Positions 11,703 through 24,193 of a DNA stretch of 64,000 bases are shown here, in pieces. Source of the stretch: Antedon mediterranea (Eukaryota; Animalia; Echinodermata); contig NC_092673.1 of NCBI RefSeq assembly GCF_964355755.1, positions 34,593,648-34,657,647 of the forward strand. Reading direction: 5' to 3'. The notes beneath the pieces are model-generated. The model ran no database searches, had not been told where the DNA came from, and was given only the letters and a program-made list of their open reading frames with translations. Within the stretch, counting starts at the first letter, position 1, and the number at the start of each line of letters is the position of its first letter. The position numbers were made by a program, and so were the translations under genes.

Positions 11703-14700
11703 TTCATGTATTGCTTAATTACGTTAAATAAAATAATAAATTCAAAACGTTTTTGTATATTAAAATGGTGTACGATAAAAATTGAGGCACTGCCCTGATT
11801 TGAACCAGGGATCTCCTGTTTACAAGACAGGCACTTTAACGGCTAAAAATTATAATTAAAAAACATTTTGTATATTAAAATGGTATACGATAAAAATAAA
11901 GGCACTGCCCGGATTTGAACCCGGGATCTCCTGTTTACTAGACAGGCGCTTTAACCGCTAAGCCACAGCGCCTTACTGTAATGCTGAATAACGTTAAGAA
12001 AAATAATAACTTAAAAAGTTTTTGTATATTAAAATGGTATACGATAAAAATTAAGGCACTGGCTGGATTTGAACCAGGGATCTCTTGTTTACTAGACAGG
12101 CACTTTAACCGCTACGCCACAGCACCTTGCTGTAATGCTGAATTACGTTTAAAAAGAAAATAACTTAAAGAAGTTTTGGTAAATTGAACTTGTATACGAT
12201 CAAAATTAAGGCACTGCCCAGATTTGAACCAGGGATCTCCTGTTTACTAGACAGGAGCTGTAACCGCTAAGCCACAGCGCCTTGCTGTAATTTTGAATTA
12301 CGTTAAAAAAAATAATAATGAAAAAACATTTTGTATATTAAAATGGTATACAATAAAAATAAAGGCACTGCCCGGATTTGAACCGAGGATCTCCTGTTTA
12401 CTAGACGCTAAGCCACAGCGCCTTACTGTAATGCTGAATTACGTTAAGAAAAATAATAACTTAAAAAGTTTTTGTATATTAAAATGGTATACAATAAAAA
12501 TCAAGGCAGTGCCCGGATTTGAACCCGGGATCTCCTGTTTACAAGACAGGCGCTTTAACCGCTAAGCAACAGCGACTTGCTGTAATTTTGATTTACGTTA
12601 AAAAAAATAATAATGAAAAAACATTTTGTATATTATAATGGTATATGATAAAAATTAAGACAGCGCCCGGATTTGAACCGGGGATCTCCTGTTTACAAGA
12701 CAGGCGCTTTAACCGCTAAGCAACAGCGCCTTCCTGTATTGCTTAATTACGTTAAGAAAAATAATAACTAAAAAACTTTTTGTATATTAAAATGGTATAC
12801 GATGGATATTAAGGCACTGATTGGATTTGAACCGGGGATCTCCTGTTTACTAGACAGGCGCTTTAAGCTTGCTGTAATGATGAATTCGGTTAAAAAGATA
12901 GTAACTGAAAAAACGTTTTGTATGTTAAAATGGTATACGATAAAAATGAAGGCACTGCCCGGATTTGAACCAAGAATCTCCTGTTTACAAGACAGGCGCT
13001 TTAACCGCTAAGCCACAGCGCCTTGCTGTAATGCTGACTACCTTAAAAAAAAATAACTGAAAAACATTTTGTATATTAAAATGGTATACAATAAAAATAA
13101 AGGCACTGCCCGGATTTGAACCGGGGATCTCCTGTTTACTAGACAGGCGCTTTAACCGCTAAGCCACAGCGCCTTACTGTAGTTTTGAATTACGTTAACA
13201 AAATAATAATGAAAAAACATTTTGTATATTAAAATGGTATACGATAAAAATGAAGGCCCTGCCCGTATTTGAATCAGGGATCTCCTGTTTACAAGACAGG
13301 CGCTTTAACCGCTAAGCCACAGCGCCTTGCTGTAATGCTGAATTACGTTAAAAAAATAATAACTTAAAAAAGTTTTTGTAAATTAAACTGGTATACGATC
13401 AGAATTAAGGCACTACCCGGATTTGAACCAGGGATCTCCTGTTTACTAGACAGGCACTTTAACCGCTAAACCACAACGCCTTCCTGTATTGCTTAATTAC
13501 GTTAAGAAAAATAATAACTTAAAAAAGTTTTGGTAAATTGAACTGGTATACGATCAAAATTAAGGCACTGCCCGGATTTGAACCGGGGATCTCCTGTTTA
13601 CAAGACAGGCGCTTTAACCGCTAAGCAACAGCACCCTCCTGTATTGCTTGATTACGTTAAGAAAAATAATAACTGAAAAACATTTTGTTTAATAAAATGG
13701 TATACGATAAAAATTAAGGCACTGGCTGGAGTTGAAGCGGGGATCTCTTGTTTACTAGACAGGGGCTTTAACCAATAAGCCACAGCGCCTTGCTGTAATT
13801 TTGAATTACGTTAAAAAAATAATAATTAAAAAACATTTTGTATATTAAAATGGTATACGATAAAAATGAAGGCACTGCCCGGATTTGAACCAGGGATCTT
13901 CTGTTTACTAGACAGGCGCTTTAACCGCTAACCCACAGCGCCTTACTGTAGTTCTGAATTACGTTAAGAAAAATAATAACTTAAAAAGTTTTTGTATATT
14001 AAAATGGTATACAATAAAAATCAAGGCACTGCCCGGATTTGAACCGGGGATCTCCTGTTTACAATACAGGCGCTTTAACCGCTAAGCAACAGCGACTTGC
14101 TGTAATTTTGATTTACGTTAAAAAAAATAATAATGAAAAAACATTTTGTATATTATAATGGTATATGATAAAAATTAAGACAGCGCCCGGATTTGAACCG
14201 GGGATCTCCTGTTTACAAGACAGGCGCTTTAACCGCTAAGCAACAGCGCCTTCCTGTATTGCTTAATTACGTTAAGAAAAAAAATAACTAAAAAACGTTT
14301 TGTATATTAAAATGGTATACGATGGATATTAAGGCACTGATTGGATTTGAACCGGGGATCTCCTGTTTACTAGACAGGCGCTTTAACCTTGCTGTAATGA
14401 TGAATTCGGTTAAAAAGATAGTAACTGAAAAAACATTTTGTATATTAAAATGGTATACGATAAAAATAAAGGCCCTGCACAGATTTGAACCGGGGATCTC
14501 CTGTTTACAAGACAGGCGCTTTAACCGCTAAGCCACAGCGCCTTGCTGTACTGCTGACTACCTTAAAAAAAAATAACTGAAAAACGTTTTGTATATTAAA
14601 ATGGTATACGATAAAAATTAAGGCACTGGCTAGAGTTGAACCGGGGATCTCTTGTTTACTAGACAGGCACTTTAACCGCTAATCCACAGCGCCTTGCTGT

Positions 14701-17700
14701 AATTTTGATTTACGTTAAAAAAAATAATAATTAAAAAACATTTTGTATATTATAATGGTATATGATAAAAATTAAGGCACCACCAGGATTTGAACTGGGA
14801 TCTCCTGTTTACTAGACAGGCGCTTTAACCGCTAAACCACACCGTCTTGCTGTAATTCTGAATTACGTTTAAAAAAATAATAACCTAAAAAAGTTTTTGG
14901 TAAATTAAACTGGTATACGATCTAAATTAAGGCACTGCCCGGATTTGAACCGGGGATCTCCTGTTTACAAGACAGGCGCTTTAACCGCTAAGCCACAGCA
15001 CCTTCATGTATTGCTTAATTACGTTAAATAAAATAATAAATTCAAAACGTTTTTGTATATTAAAATGGTGTACGATAAAAATTGAGGCACTGCCCTGATT
15101 TGAACCAGGGATCTCCTGTTTACAAGACAGGCACTTTAACGGCTAAAAATTATAATTAAAAAACATTTTGTATATTAAAATGGTATACGATAAAAATAAA
15201 GGCACTGCCCGGATTTGAACCCGGGATCTCCTGTTTACTAGACAGGCGCTTTAACCGCTAAGACACAGCGCCTTACTGTAATGCTGAATAACGTTAAGAA
15301 AAATAATAACTTAAAAAGTTTTTGTATATTAAAATGGTATACGATAAAAATTAAGGCACTGGCTGGATTTGAACCAGGGATCTCTTGTTTACTAGACAGG
15401 CACTTTAACCGCTACGCCACAGCACCTTGCTGTAATGCTGAATTACGTTTAAAAAGAAAATAACTTAAAAAAGTTTTGGTAAATTGAACTTGTATACGAT
15501 CAAAATTAAGGCACTGCCCAGATTTGAACCAGGGATCTCCTGTTTACTAGACAGGCGCTGTAACCGCTAAGCCACAGCGCCTTGCTGTAATTTTGATTTA
15601 CGTTAAAAAAAATAATAATGAGAAAACATTTTGTATATTATAATGGTATACGATAAAAATGAAGGCACTGCCCGGATTTGAACCGGGGATCTCCTATTTA
15701 CAAGACAGGTGCTTTAACCGCTAAGCCACAGCGCCTTGCAGTAATGCTGACTACCTTAAAAAAAAAATAACTGAAAAACGTTTTGTATATTAAAATGGTA
15801 TACAATAAAAATCAAGGCACTGCCCGGATTTGAACCAGGGATCTCCTGTTTACTAGACAGGCACTTTAACCGCTAAACCACAACGCCTTCCTGTATTGCT
15901 TAATTACGTTAAGAAAAATAATAACTTAAAAAAGTTTTGGTAAATTGAACTGGTATACGATCAAAATTAAGGCACTGCCCGGATTTGAACCGGGGATCTC
16001 CTGTTTACAAGACAGGCGCTTTAACCGCTATGCAACAGCACCCTCCTGTATTGCTTAATTACGTTAAGAAAAATAATAACTGAAAAACATTTTGTTTAAT
16101 AAAATGGTATACGATAAAAATTAAGGCACTGGCTGGAGTTGAACCGGGGATCTCTTGTTTACTAGACAGGCGCTTTAACCAATAAGCCACAGCGCCTTGC
16201 TGTAATTTTGAATTACGTTAAAAAAATAATAATGAAAAAACATTTTGTATATTAAAATGGTATACGATAAAAATGAAGGCACTGCCCGGATTTGAACCGA
16301 GAATCTCCTGTTTACTACTAGACAGGCGCTTTAACCGCTAAGCCACAGCGCCTTACTGTAGTTTTGAATTACGTTAACAAAATAATAATGTAAAAACATT
16401 TTGTATATTAAAATGGTATACGATAAAAATGAAGGCCCTGCCCGGATTTGAACCGGGGATCTCCTGTTTACAAGACAGGCGCTTTAACCGCTAAGCCACA
16501 GCGCCTTGCTGTAATGCTGAATTACGTTAAAAAAATAATAACTTAAAAAAGTTTTTGTAAATTAAACTGGTATACGATCAGAATTAAGGCACTGCCCGGA
16601 TTTGAACCAGGGATCTCCTGTTTACTAGACAGGCACTTTAACCGCTAAACCACAACGCCTTCCTGTATTGCTTAATTACGTTAAGAAAAATAATAACTTA
16701 AAAAAGTTTTGGTAAATTGAACTGATATACGATCAAAATTAAGGCACTGCCCGGATTTGAACCGGAGATCTCCTGTTTACAAGACAGGCGCTTTAACCGC
16801 TAAGCAACAGCAACCTCCTGTATTGCTTAATTACGTTAAGAAAAATAATAACTGAAAAACATTTTGTTTAATAAAATGGTATACGATAAAAATTAAGGCA
16901 CTGGCTGGAGTTGAACCGGGGATCTCTTGTTTACTAGACAGGCGCTTTAACCGCTAAACCACAACGCCTTCCTGTATTGCTTAATTACGTTAAGAAAAAT
17001 AATAACTTAAAAAAGTTTTGGTAAATTGAACTGGTATACGATCAAAATTAAGGCACTGCCCGGATTTGAACCGGGGATCTCCTGTTTACAAGACAGGCGC
17101 TTTAACCGCTAAGCAACAGCACCCTCCTGTATTGCTTAATTACGTTAAGAAAAATAATAATTAAAAAACATTTTGTATATTAAAATGGTATACGATAAGA
17201 ATGAAGGCACTGCCCGGATTTGAACTGGGGATCTCCTGTTTACAAGACAGGCGCTTTAACCTCTAAGCCACAGCGCCTTGCTGTAATGCTGAATTACGTT
17301 AAAAAAATAATAACTTAAAAAAGTTTTTGTAAATTAAACTGGTATACGATCAGAATTAAGGCACTGCCCGGATTTGAACCAGGGATCTCCTGTTTACTAG
17401 ACAGGCACTTTAACCGCTAAACCACAACGCCTTGCTGTAATGCTGACTACCTTAAAAAAAAAATAACTGAAAAACGTTTTGTATATTAAAATGGTATACA
17501 ATAAAAATCAAGGCACTGCCCGGATTTGAACCGGGGATGTCCTGTTTACAAGACAGGCGCTTTAACCGCTAAGCAACAGCGCCCTTCCTGTATTGCTTAA
17601 TTACGTTAAGAAAAATAATAATTGAAAAACATTTTGTATAATAAAATGGTATACGATAAAAATTAAGGCACTGGCTAGAGTTGAACCGGGGATCTCTTGT

Positions 17701-20700
17701 TTACTAGACAGACACTTTAACCGCTAATCCACAGCGCCTTGCTGTAATTTTGATTTACGTTAAAAAGAATAATAATTAAAAAACATTTTGTATATTATAA
17801 TGGTATATGATAAAAATTAAGGAACCACCAGGATTTGAACTGGGATCTCCTGTTTACTAGACAGGCGCTTTAACCGCTAAACCACACCGTCTTGCTGTAA
17901 TTCTGAATTACGTTTAAAAAAATAATAACCTAAAAAAGTTGTTGGTAAATTAAACTAGTATACGATCTAAATTAAGGCACTGCCCGGATTTGAACCGGGG
18001 ATCTCCTGTTTACAAGACAGGCGCTTTAACCGCTAAGCCACAGCGCCTTCATGTATTGCTTAATTACGTTAAATAAAATAATAAATTCAAAACGTTTTTG
18101 TATATTAAAATGGTGTACGATAAAAATTGAGGCACTGCCCTGATTTGAACCAGGGATCTCCTGTTTACAAGACAGGCACTTTAACGGCTAAGCCACAGCG
18201 CCTTACTGTATTGCTTAATTACGTTAAGAAAAATAATAATTGAAAAACATTTTGTATAATAAAATGGTATACGATAAAAATTAAGGCACTGGCTAGAGTT
18301 GAACCGGGGATCTCTTGTTTACTAGACAGGCACTTTAACCGCTAATCCACAGCGCCTTGCTGTAATTTTGATTTACGTTAAAAAAAATAATAATTAAAAA
18401 ACATTTTGTATATTATAATGGTATATGATAAAAATTAAGGAACCACCAGGATTTGAACTGGGATCTCCTGTTTACTAGACAGGCGGTTTAACCGCTAAAC
18501 CACACCGTCTTGCTGTAATTCTGAATTACGTTTAAAAAAATAATAACCTAAAAAAGTTTTTGGTAAATTAAACTGGTATACGATCTAAATTAAGGTACTG
18601 CCCGGATTTGAACCGGGGATCTCCTGTTTACAAGACAGGCGCTTTAACCGCTAAGCCACAGCGCCTTCATGTATTGCTTAATTACCTTAAATAAAATAAT
18701 AAATTCAAAACGTTTTTGTATATTAAAATGGTGTACGATAAAAATTGAGGCACTGCCCTGATTTGAACCAGGGATCTCCTGTTTACAAGACAGGCACTTT
18801 AACGGCTAAAAATTATAATTAAAAAACATTTTGTATATTAAAATGGTATACGATAAAAATAAAGGCACTGCCCGGATTTGAACCGGGGATCTCCTGTTTA
18901 CTAGACAGGCGCTTTAACCGCTAAGCCACAGCGCCTTACTGTAATGCTGAATAACGTTAAGAAAAATAATAACTTAAAAAGTTTTTGTATATTAAAATGG
19001 TATACGATAAAAATTAAGGCACTGGCTGGATTTGAACCAGGGATCTCTTGTTTACTAGACAGGCACTTTAACCGCTACGCCACAGCACCTTGCTGTAATG
19101 CTGAATTACGTTTAAAAAGAAAATAACTTAAAAAAGTTTTGGTAAATTGAACTTGTATACGATCAAAATTAAGGCACTGCCCAGGTTTGAACCAGGGATC
19201 TACTGTTTACTAGACAGGCGCTGTAACCGCTAATCCACAGCGCCTTGCTGTAATTTTGATTTACGTTAAAAAAAATAATAATGAAAAAACATTTTGTATA
19301 TTATAATGGTATACGATAAAAATGAAGGCACTGCCCGGATTTGAATCGGGGATCTCCTGTTTACAAGACAGGTGCTTTAACTGCTAATCCACAGCGCCTT
19401 GCTGTAATGCTGACTACCTTAAAAAACAAATAACTGAAAAACGTTTTGTATATTAAAATGGTATACAATAAAAATAAAGGCACTGCCCGGATTTGAACCA
19501 GGGAACTCCTGTTTACTAGACCGGCACTTTAACCGCTAAACCACAACGCCTTCCTGTATTGCTTAATTACGTTAAGAAAAATAATAACTTAAAAAAGTTT
19601 TGGTAAATTGAACTGGTATACGATCAAAATTAAGGCACTGCCCGGATTTGAACCGGGGATCTCCTGTTTACAAGACAGGCGCTTTAACCGCTAAGCAACA
19701 GCACCCTCCTGTATTGCTTAATTACGTTAAGAAAAATAATAACTAAAAAACGTTTTGTATATTAAAATGGTATACAATGGATATTAAGGCACTGATTGGA
19801 TTTGAACCGGGGATCTCCTGTTTACTAGACAGGCGCTTTAACCTTGCTGTAATGATGAATTCAGTTAAAAACGTAACGTAACTGAAAAAACGTTTTGTAT
19901 ATTAAAATGGTATACGATAAAAATGAAGGCACTGCCCGGATTTGAACCGAGAATCTCCTGTTTACAAGACAGGCGCTTTAACCGCTAAGCCACATCGTCT
20001 TACTGTAGTTTTGAATTACGTTAACAAAATAATAATGTAAAAACATTTTGTATATTAAAATGGTATACGATAAAAATGAAGGCCCTGCCCGGATTTGAAC
20101 CGGGGATCTCCTGTTTACAAGACAGGCGCTTTAACCGCTAAGCCACAGCGCCTTGCTGTAATGCTGAATTACGTTAAAAAAATAATAACTTAAAAAAGTT
20201 TTTGTAAATTTAACTGGTATACGACCAGAATTAAGGCACTGCCCGGATTTGAACCAGGGATCTCCTGTTTACTAGACAGGCACTTTAACCGCTAAACCAC
20301 AACGCCTTCCTGTATTGCTTAATTACGTTAAGAAAAATAATAACTTAAAAAAGTTTTGGTAAATTGAACTGGTATACGATCAAAATTAAGGCACTGCCCG
20401 GATTTGAACCGGAGATCTCCTGTTTACAAGACAGGCGCTTTAACCGCTAAGCAACAGCACCCTCCTGTATTGCTTAATTACGTTAAGAAAAATAATAACT
20501 GAAAAACATTTTGTTTAATAAAATGGTATACGATAAAAATTAAGGCACTGGCTGGAGTTGAACCGGGGATCTCTTGTTTACTAGACAGGCGCTTTAACCG
20601 CTAAACCACAACGCCTTCTTGTATTGCTTAATTACGTTAAGAAAAATAATAACTTAAAAAAGTTTTGGTAAATTGAACTGGTATACGATCAAAATTAAGG

Positions 20701-21493
20701 CACTGCCCGGATTTGAACCGGGGATCTCCTGTTTACAAGACAGGCGCTTTAACCGCTAAGCAACAGCACCCTCCTGTATTGCTTAATTACGTTAAGAAAA
20801 ATAATAATTAAAAAACATTTTGTATATTAAAATGGTATACGATAAAAATGAAGGCACTGCCCGGATTTGAACCAGGGATCTCCTGTTTACTAGACAGGCG
20901 CTTTAACCGCTAAGCCACAGCGCCTTACTGTAGTTTTGAATTACGTTAACAAAATAATAATGAAAAAACATTTTGTATATTAAAATGGTATACGATAAAA
21001 ATAAAGGCCCTGCACGGATTTGAACCGGCGCTTTAACCGCTAAGCAACAGCACCCTCCTGTATTGCTTAATTACGTTAAGAAAAACAAGCACGAATGTGC
21101 AATACTCGGGGTACAGCGAAAGAAGCTGTAATGACGTCATAAGACCGGATGTAACGTCACATACACATCAGAAACCGCGCTACCAAATACGGCTATACGA
21201 TACCATCTTCGAGACGTCATATGGCTGCATCCGGTATGAAATTAAAAAATCCGGCTCTCTATAGCTTTGAGGACATGTCCCTATATTCATGCTAAATCCG
21301 AGCTCAATACTACAACGAATAAGGGAGGAGTAGTACTTTATAAATTGCACTTTTTGCTCAATAGTGTCCGGATGGAAGAAGAAGAGGAAAAGATGAGAGA
21401 GTCCTAGACTCAGGTACCCCGACTAATAAAACGATATATACTCTATATCATTTTACGTATACAGTATATTTCACCATAAAGTTAAAGAAAAAT

Positions 21494-21565
21494 AGGTTTC
21501 GCCAGAGCTCGAACCGGGACCTTCTGCGAGTTAAGCAGACTTGACAACCACTACACTACGAAACC
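21494..21565 (-). pseudogene. tRNA-Val(AAC)-like copy 1
   Basis: Revcomp GGTTTCGTAGTGTAGTGGTTGTCAAGTCTGCTTAACTCGCAGAAGGTCCCGGTTCGAGCTCTGGCGAAACCT; acceptor stem intact, D and T stems damaged. Confidence 0.8.
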
Positions 21566-21776
21566 TCTTACACCAAAAATGTGGGTTACACAAAGTTTTT
21601 TAATCCATTTAAATTACAAATAAATTATTATGTAATAAGCACAAAGCAAGATAAACATGTGTAAAAGTGATAATTACCGATTACATAAAATAAATATTTT
21701 TAAAAATAATAAAAATAAGATATACTGTATATCATATTCCCTTATCAGTACTTTTTACCATAAAGTTGAAAAACAA

Positions 21777-21849
21777 AGGTTTCGCCCGGGCTCGAACCGG
21801 GGACCTTTTGCGTGTTAAGCAGACGTGATAACCACTACGCCAAGAAGCC
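21777..21849 (-). pseudogene. tRNA-Val(AAC)-like copy 2
   Basis: Revcomp GGCTTCTTGGCGTAGTGGTTATCACGTCTGCTTAACACGCAAAAGGTCCCCGGTTCGAGCCCGGGCGAAACCT; A/B boxes present, acceptor-stem mismatches. Confidence 0.8.
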
Positions 21850-22000
21850 GCATATAACTACATAACGCTGTGGTGTGTGTCACACATTGTGGCTTCTTAA
21901 TTAAACAAATTAATTAACAAAAAAGCACGAATGTGCAATACTCGGGGTACAGCGAAAGAAGCTGTATACAGACGTATACAGTTAGAAAGTAAAGAAAAAT

Positions 22001-22072
22001 AGATTTCGCCCGGGCTCGAACCGGGACCTTCTGCGTGTTAAGCAGACTTGACAACCACTACACTACGAGACC
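22001..22072 (-). pseudogene. tRNA-Val(AAC)-like copy 3
   Basis: Paralog of copy 1 (shares the TGTCAAG D-arm change and the 1-nt deletion); loop TT-AAC-AC. Confidence 0.8.
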
Positions 22073-22282
22073 TCTTACATTAAAAATGTGGGTTACAGAA
22101 AGTTTTTTAACCCATTTAAATTACAAATAAATGGTAATAAGCACAAAGCAAAATAAACATGTGTAAAAGCGATAAATACCGATTACACAAAATAAGTATT
22201 TTAAAAAATAATAAAAATAAAATATACTCTGTATAATTATCATATTGCGTATACAGTACTTTTCACCATAAAGTTAAAAAAA

Positions 22283-22355
22283 AGGTTTCGTCCGGGCTCG
22301 AACCAGGTACCTTCTGCGTGTTAAGCAAACGTGATAACCACTACGCCAAGAATCC
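22283..22355 (-). pseudogene. tRNA-Val(AAC)-like copy 4
   Basis: Paralog of copy 2 (TTCTTGGCGTAG 5' end) with further substitutions. Confidence 0.75.
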
Positions 22356-23353
22356 GCATATAACCATATAACTACATAACGCTGTGGTGTGTGTCACACA
22401 TTGTGGCTTCTTAATTAAACAAATTAATTAACAAAAAATTAAAAATCCGGCTCTATAGCTTTGAGGACATGTCCCTGTAGTATGTTCATGCCAAATCCCA
22501 GCTCAATACTATAACGAATAAGGGAGGAGTAGTACTTTAAAAATCGCACTTTTTACTCAATAGTGTCCAGATGGAGGAAGAGAAGGAGAAAATGAGTAAG
22601 TACTAGACTCGGGTACCCCGAGTAATAATAACTGAAAAACATTTTGTTTAATAAAATGGTATACGATAAAAATTAGGGCACTGGCTGGAGTTGAACCGGG
22701 GATCTCTTGTTTACAAGACAGGCGCTTTAACCGCTAAACCACAACGCCTTCCTGTATTGCTTAATTACGTTAAGAAAAATAATAACTTAAAAAAGTTTTG
22801 GTAAATTGAACTGGTATACGATCAAAATTAAGGCACTGCCCGGATTTGAACCGGGGATCTCCTGTTTACAAGACAGGCGCTTTAACCGCTAAGCAACAGC
22901 ACCCTCCTGTATTGCTTAATTACGTTAAGAAAAATAATAATTAAAAAACATTTTGTATATTAAAATGGTATACGATAAAAATGAAGGCACTGCCCGGATT
23001 TGAACCAGGGATCTCCTGTTTACTAGACAGGCGCTTTAACCGCTAAGCCACAGCGCCTTACTGTAGTTTTGAATTACGTTAACAAAATAATAATGAAAAA
23101 ACATTTTGTATATTAAAATGGTATACGATAAAAATAAAGGCCCTGCACGGATTTGAACCGGGGATCTCCTGATTACAAGACAGGCGCTTTAACCGCTAAG
23201 CCACAGCACCTTGCTGTAATGCTGAATTACGTTAAAAAAATAATAACTTAAAAAAGTTTTTGTAAATTAAAATGGTATACGATGGATATTAAGAAGGCAC
23301 TGATTGGATTTGAACCAGGGATCTCCTGTTTAGTAGAAAGGCACTTTAAGCAA

Positions 23354-23426
23354 GGCGCTGTGGCTTAGCGGTTAAAGTGCCTGTCTAGTAAACAGGAGAT
23401 CCCCGGTTCAAATCCGGGCGGTGCCT
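23354..23426 (+). tRNA. tRNA-Thr(AGT), inverted relative to the array
   Basis: Plus strand GGCGCTGTGGCTTAGCGGTTAAAGTGCCTGTCTAGTAAACAGGAGATCCCCGGTTCAAATCCGGGCGGTGCCT then TAATTTTT; part of an inverted segment of about 23349-23527. Confidence 0.85.
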
Positions 23427-24193
23427 TAATTTTTATCTTATACCATTATAATATACAAAATTTTTTTTAATTATTATTTTTTTTAACGTAAATCAAAATT
23501 ACAGCAAGGCGCTGTGGTTAAGCGGTTACAATGGTGAACTACGTTAAAAAAATAATAACTAAAAAACGTTTTGTATATTCAAATGGTATACAACAAAAAT
23601 TAAGGCACTGCAGAGATTTGAACCGGGGATCTCCTGTTTACAAGACAGGCACTTTAAGCGCCAAGCCACAGCGCCTTATTACAATGCTGAACTACGTTTT
23701 AAAAAAAATAACTAAAAAACGTTTTGTATATTCAAATGGTATACAATAAAAATTAAGGCACTGCCCGGATTTGAACCAGGGATCTCCTGTTTACAAGACA
23801 GGCGCTTTAACCGCTAAGCCACAGCGCCTTCATGTATTGCTGAATTACGTTAAGAAAAAAAATAACTTAAAAAGTTTTTGTATATTAAAACGGTATACAA
23901 TAAAAACCAAGGCATTGCCCGGATTTGAACCGGGGATCTCCTGTTTACAAGACATGCACTTTAACCGCTAAACCACAGCATCTTGCTGTAATTTTGATTT
24001 ACGTTAAAAAAATATTAATGAAAAAACATTTTGTATATTATAATGGTATATGATAAAAATTAAGGCACCGCCCGGATTTGAACCAGGGATCTCCTATTTA
24101 CTTGACAAGCGCTGTAACCGCTAAGCCACAGCGCCTCGCTGTAATTTTAATTTACGTTAAAAAAAATAATAATGAAAAAACATTTTGTATATT

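Larger units (their letters stand above)
21086..22625 (-). mobile_element. Helentron-associated non-autonomous element (HINE/DINE-1-like) composite carrying tRNA-Val-like cargo
   Basis: Interrupts the spacer aagaaaaa|taataactg cleanly in an A/T run. Left end (aa)caag-gcac gaat gtgc (hairpin)-aa-tactcggggtac; right end actcggg-tac-cccgagtaa, containing the 12-bp inverted copy gtaccccgagta within a palindrome. This subTIR + hairpin + CTTGTT end layout is that of Helentron/DINE-1 elements. One complete unit at 21086-21426; partial units at about 21922-21967 and 22436-22625. Confidence 0.75.
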
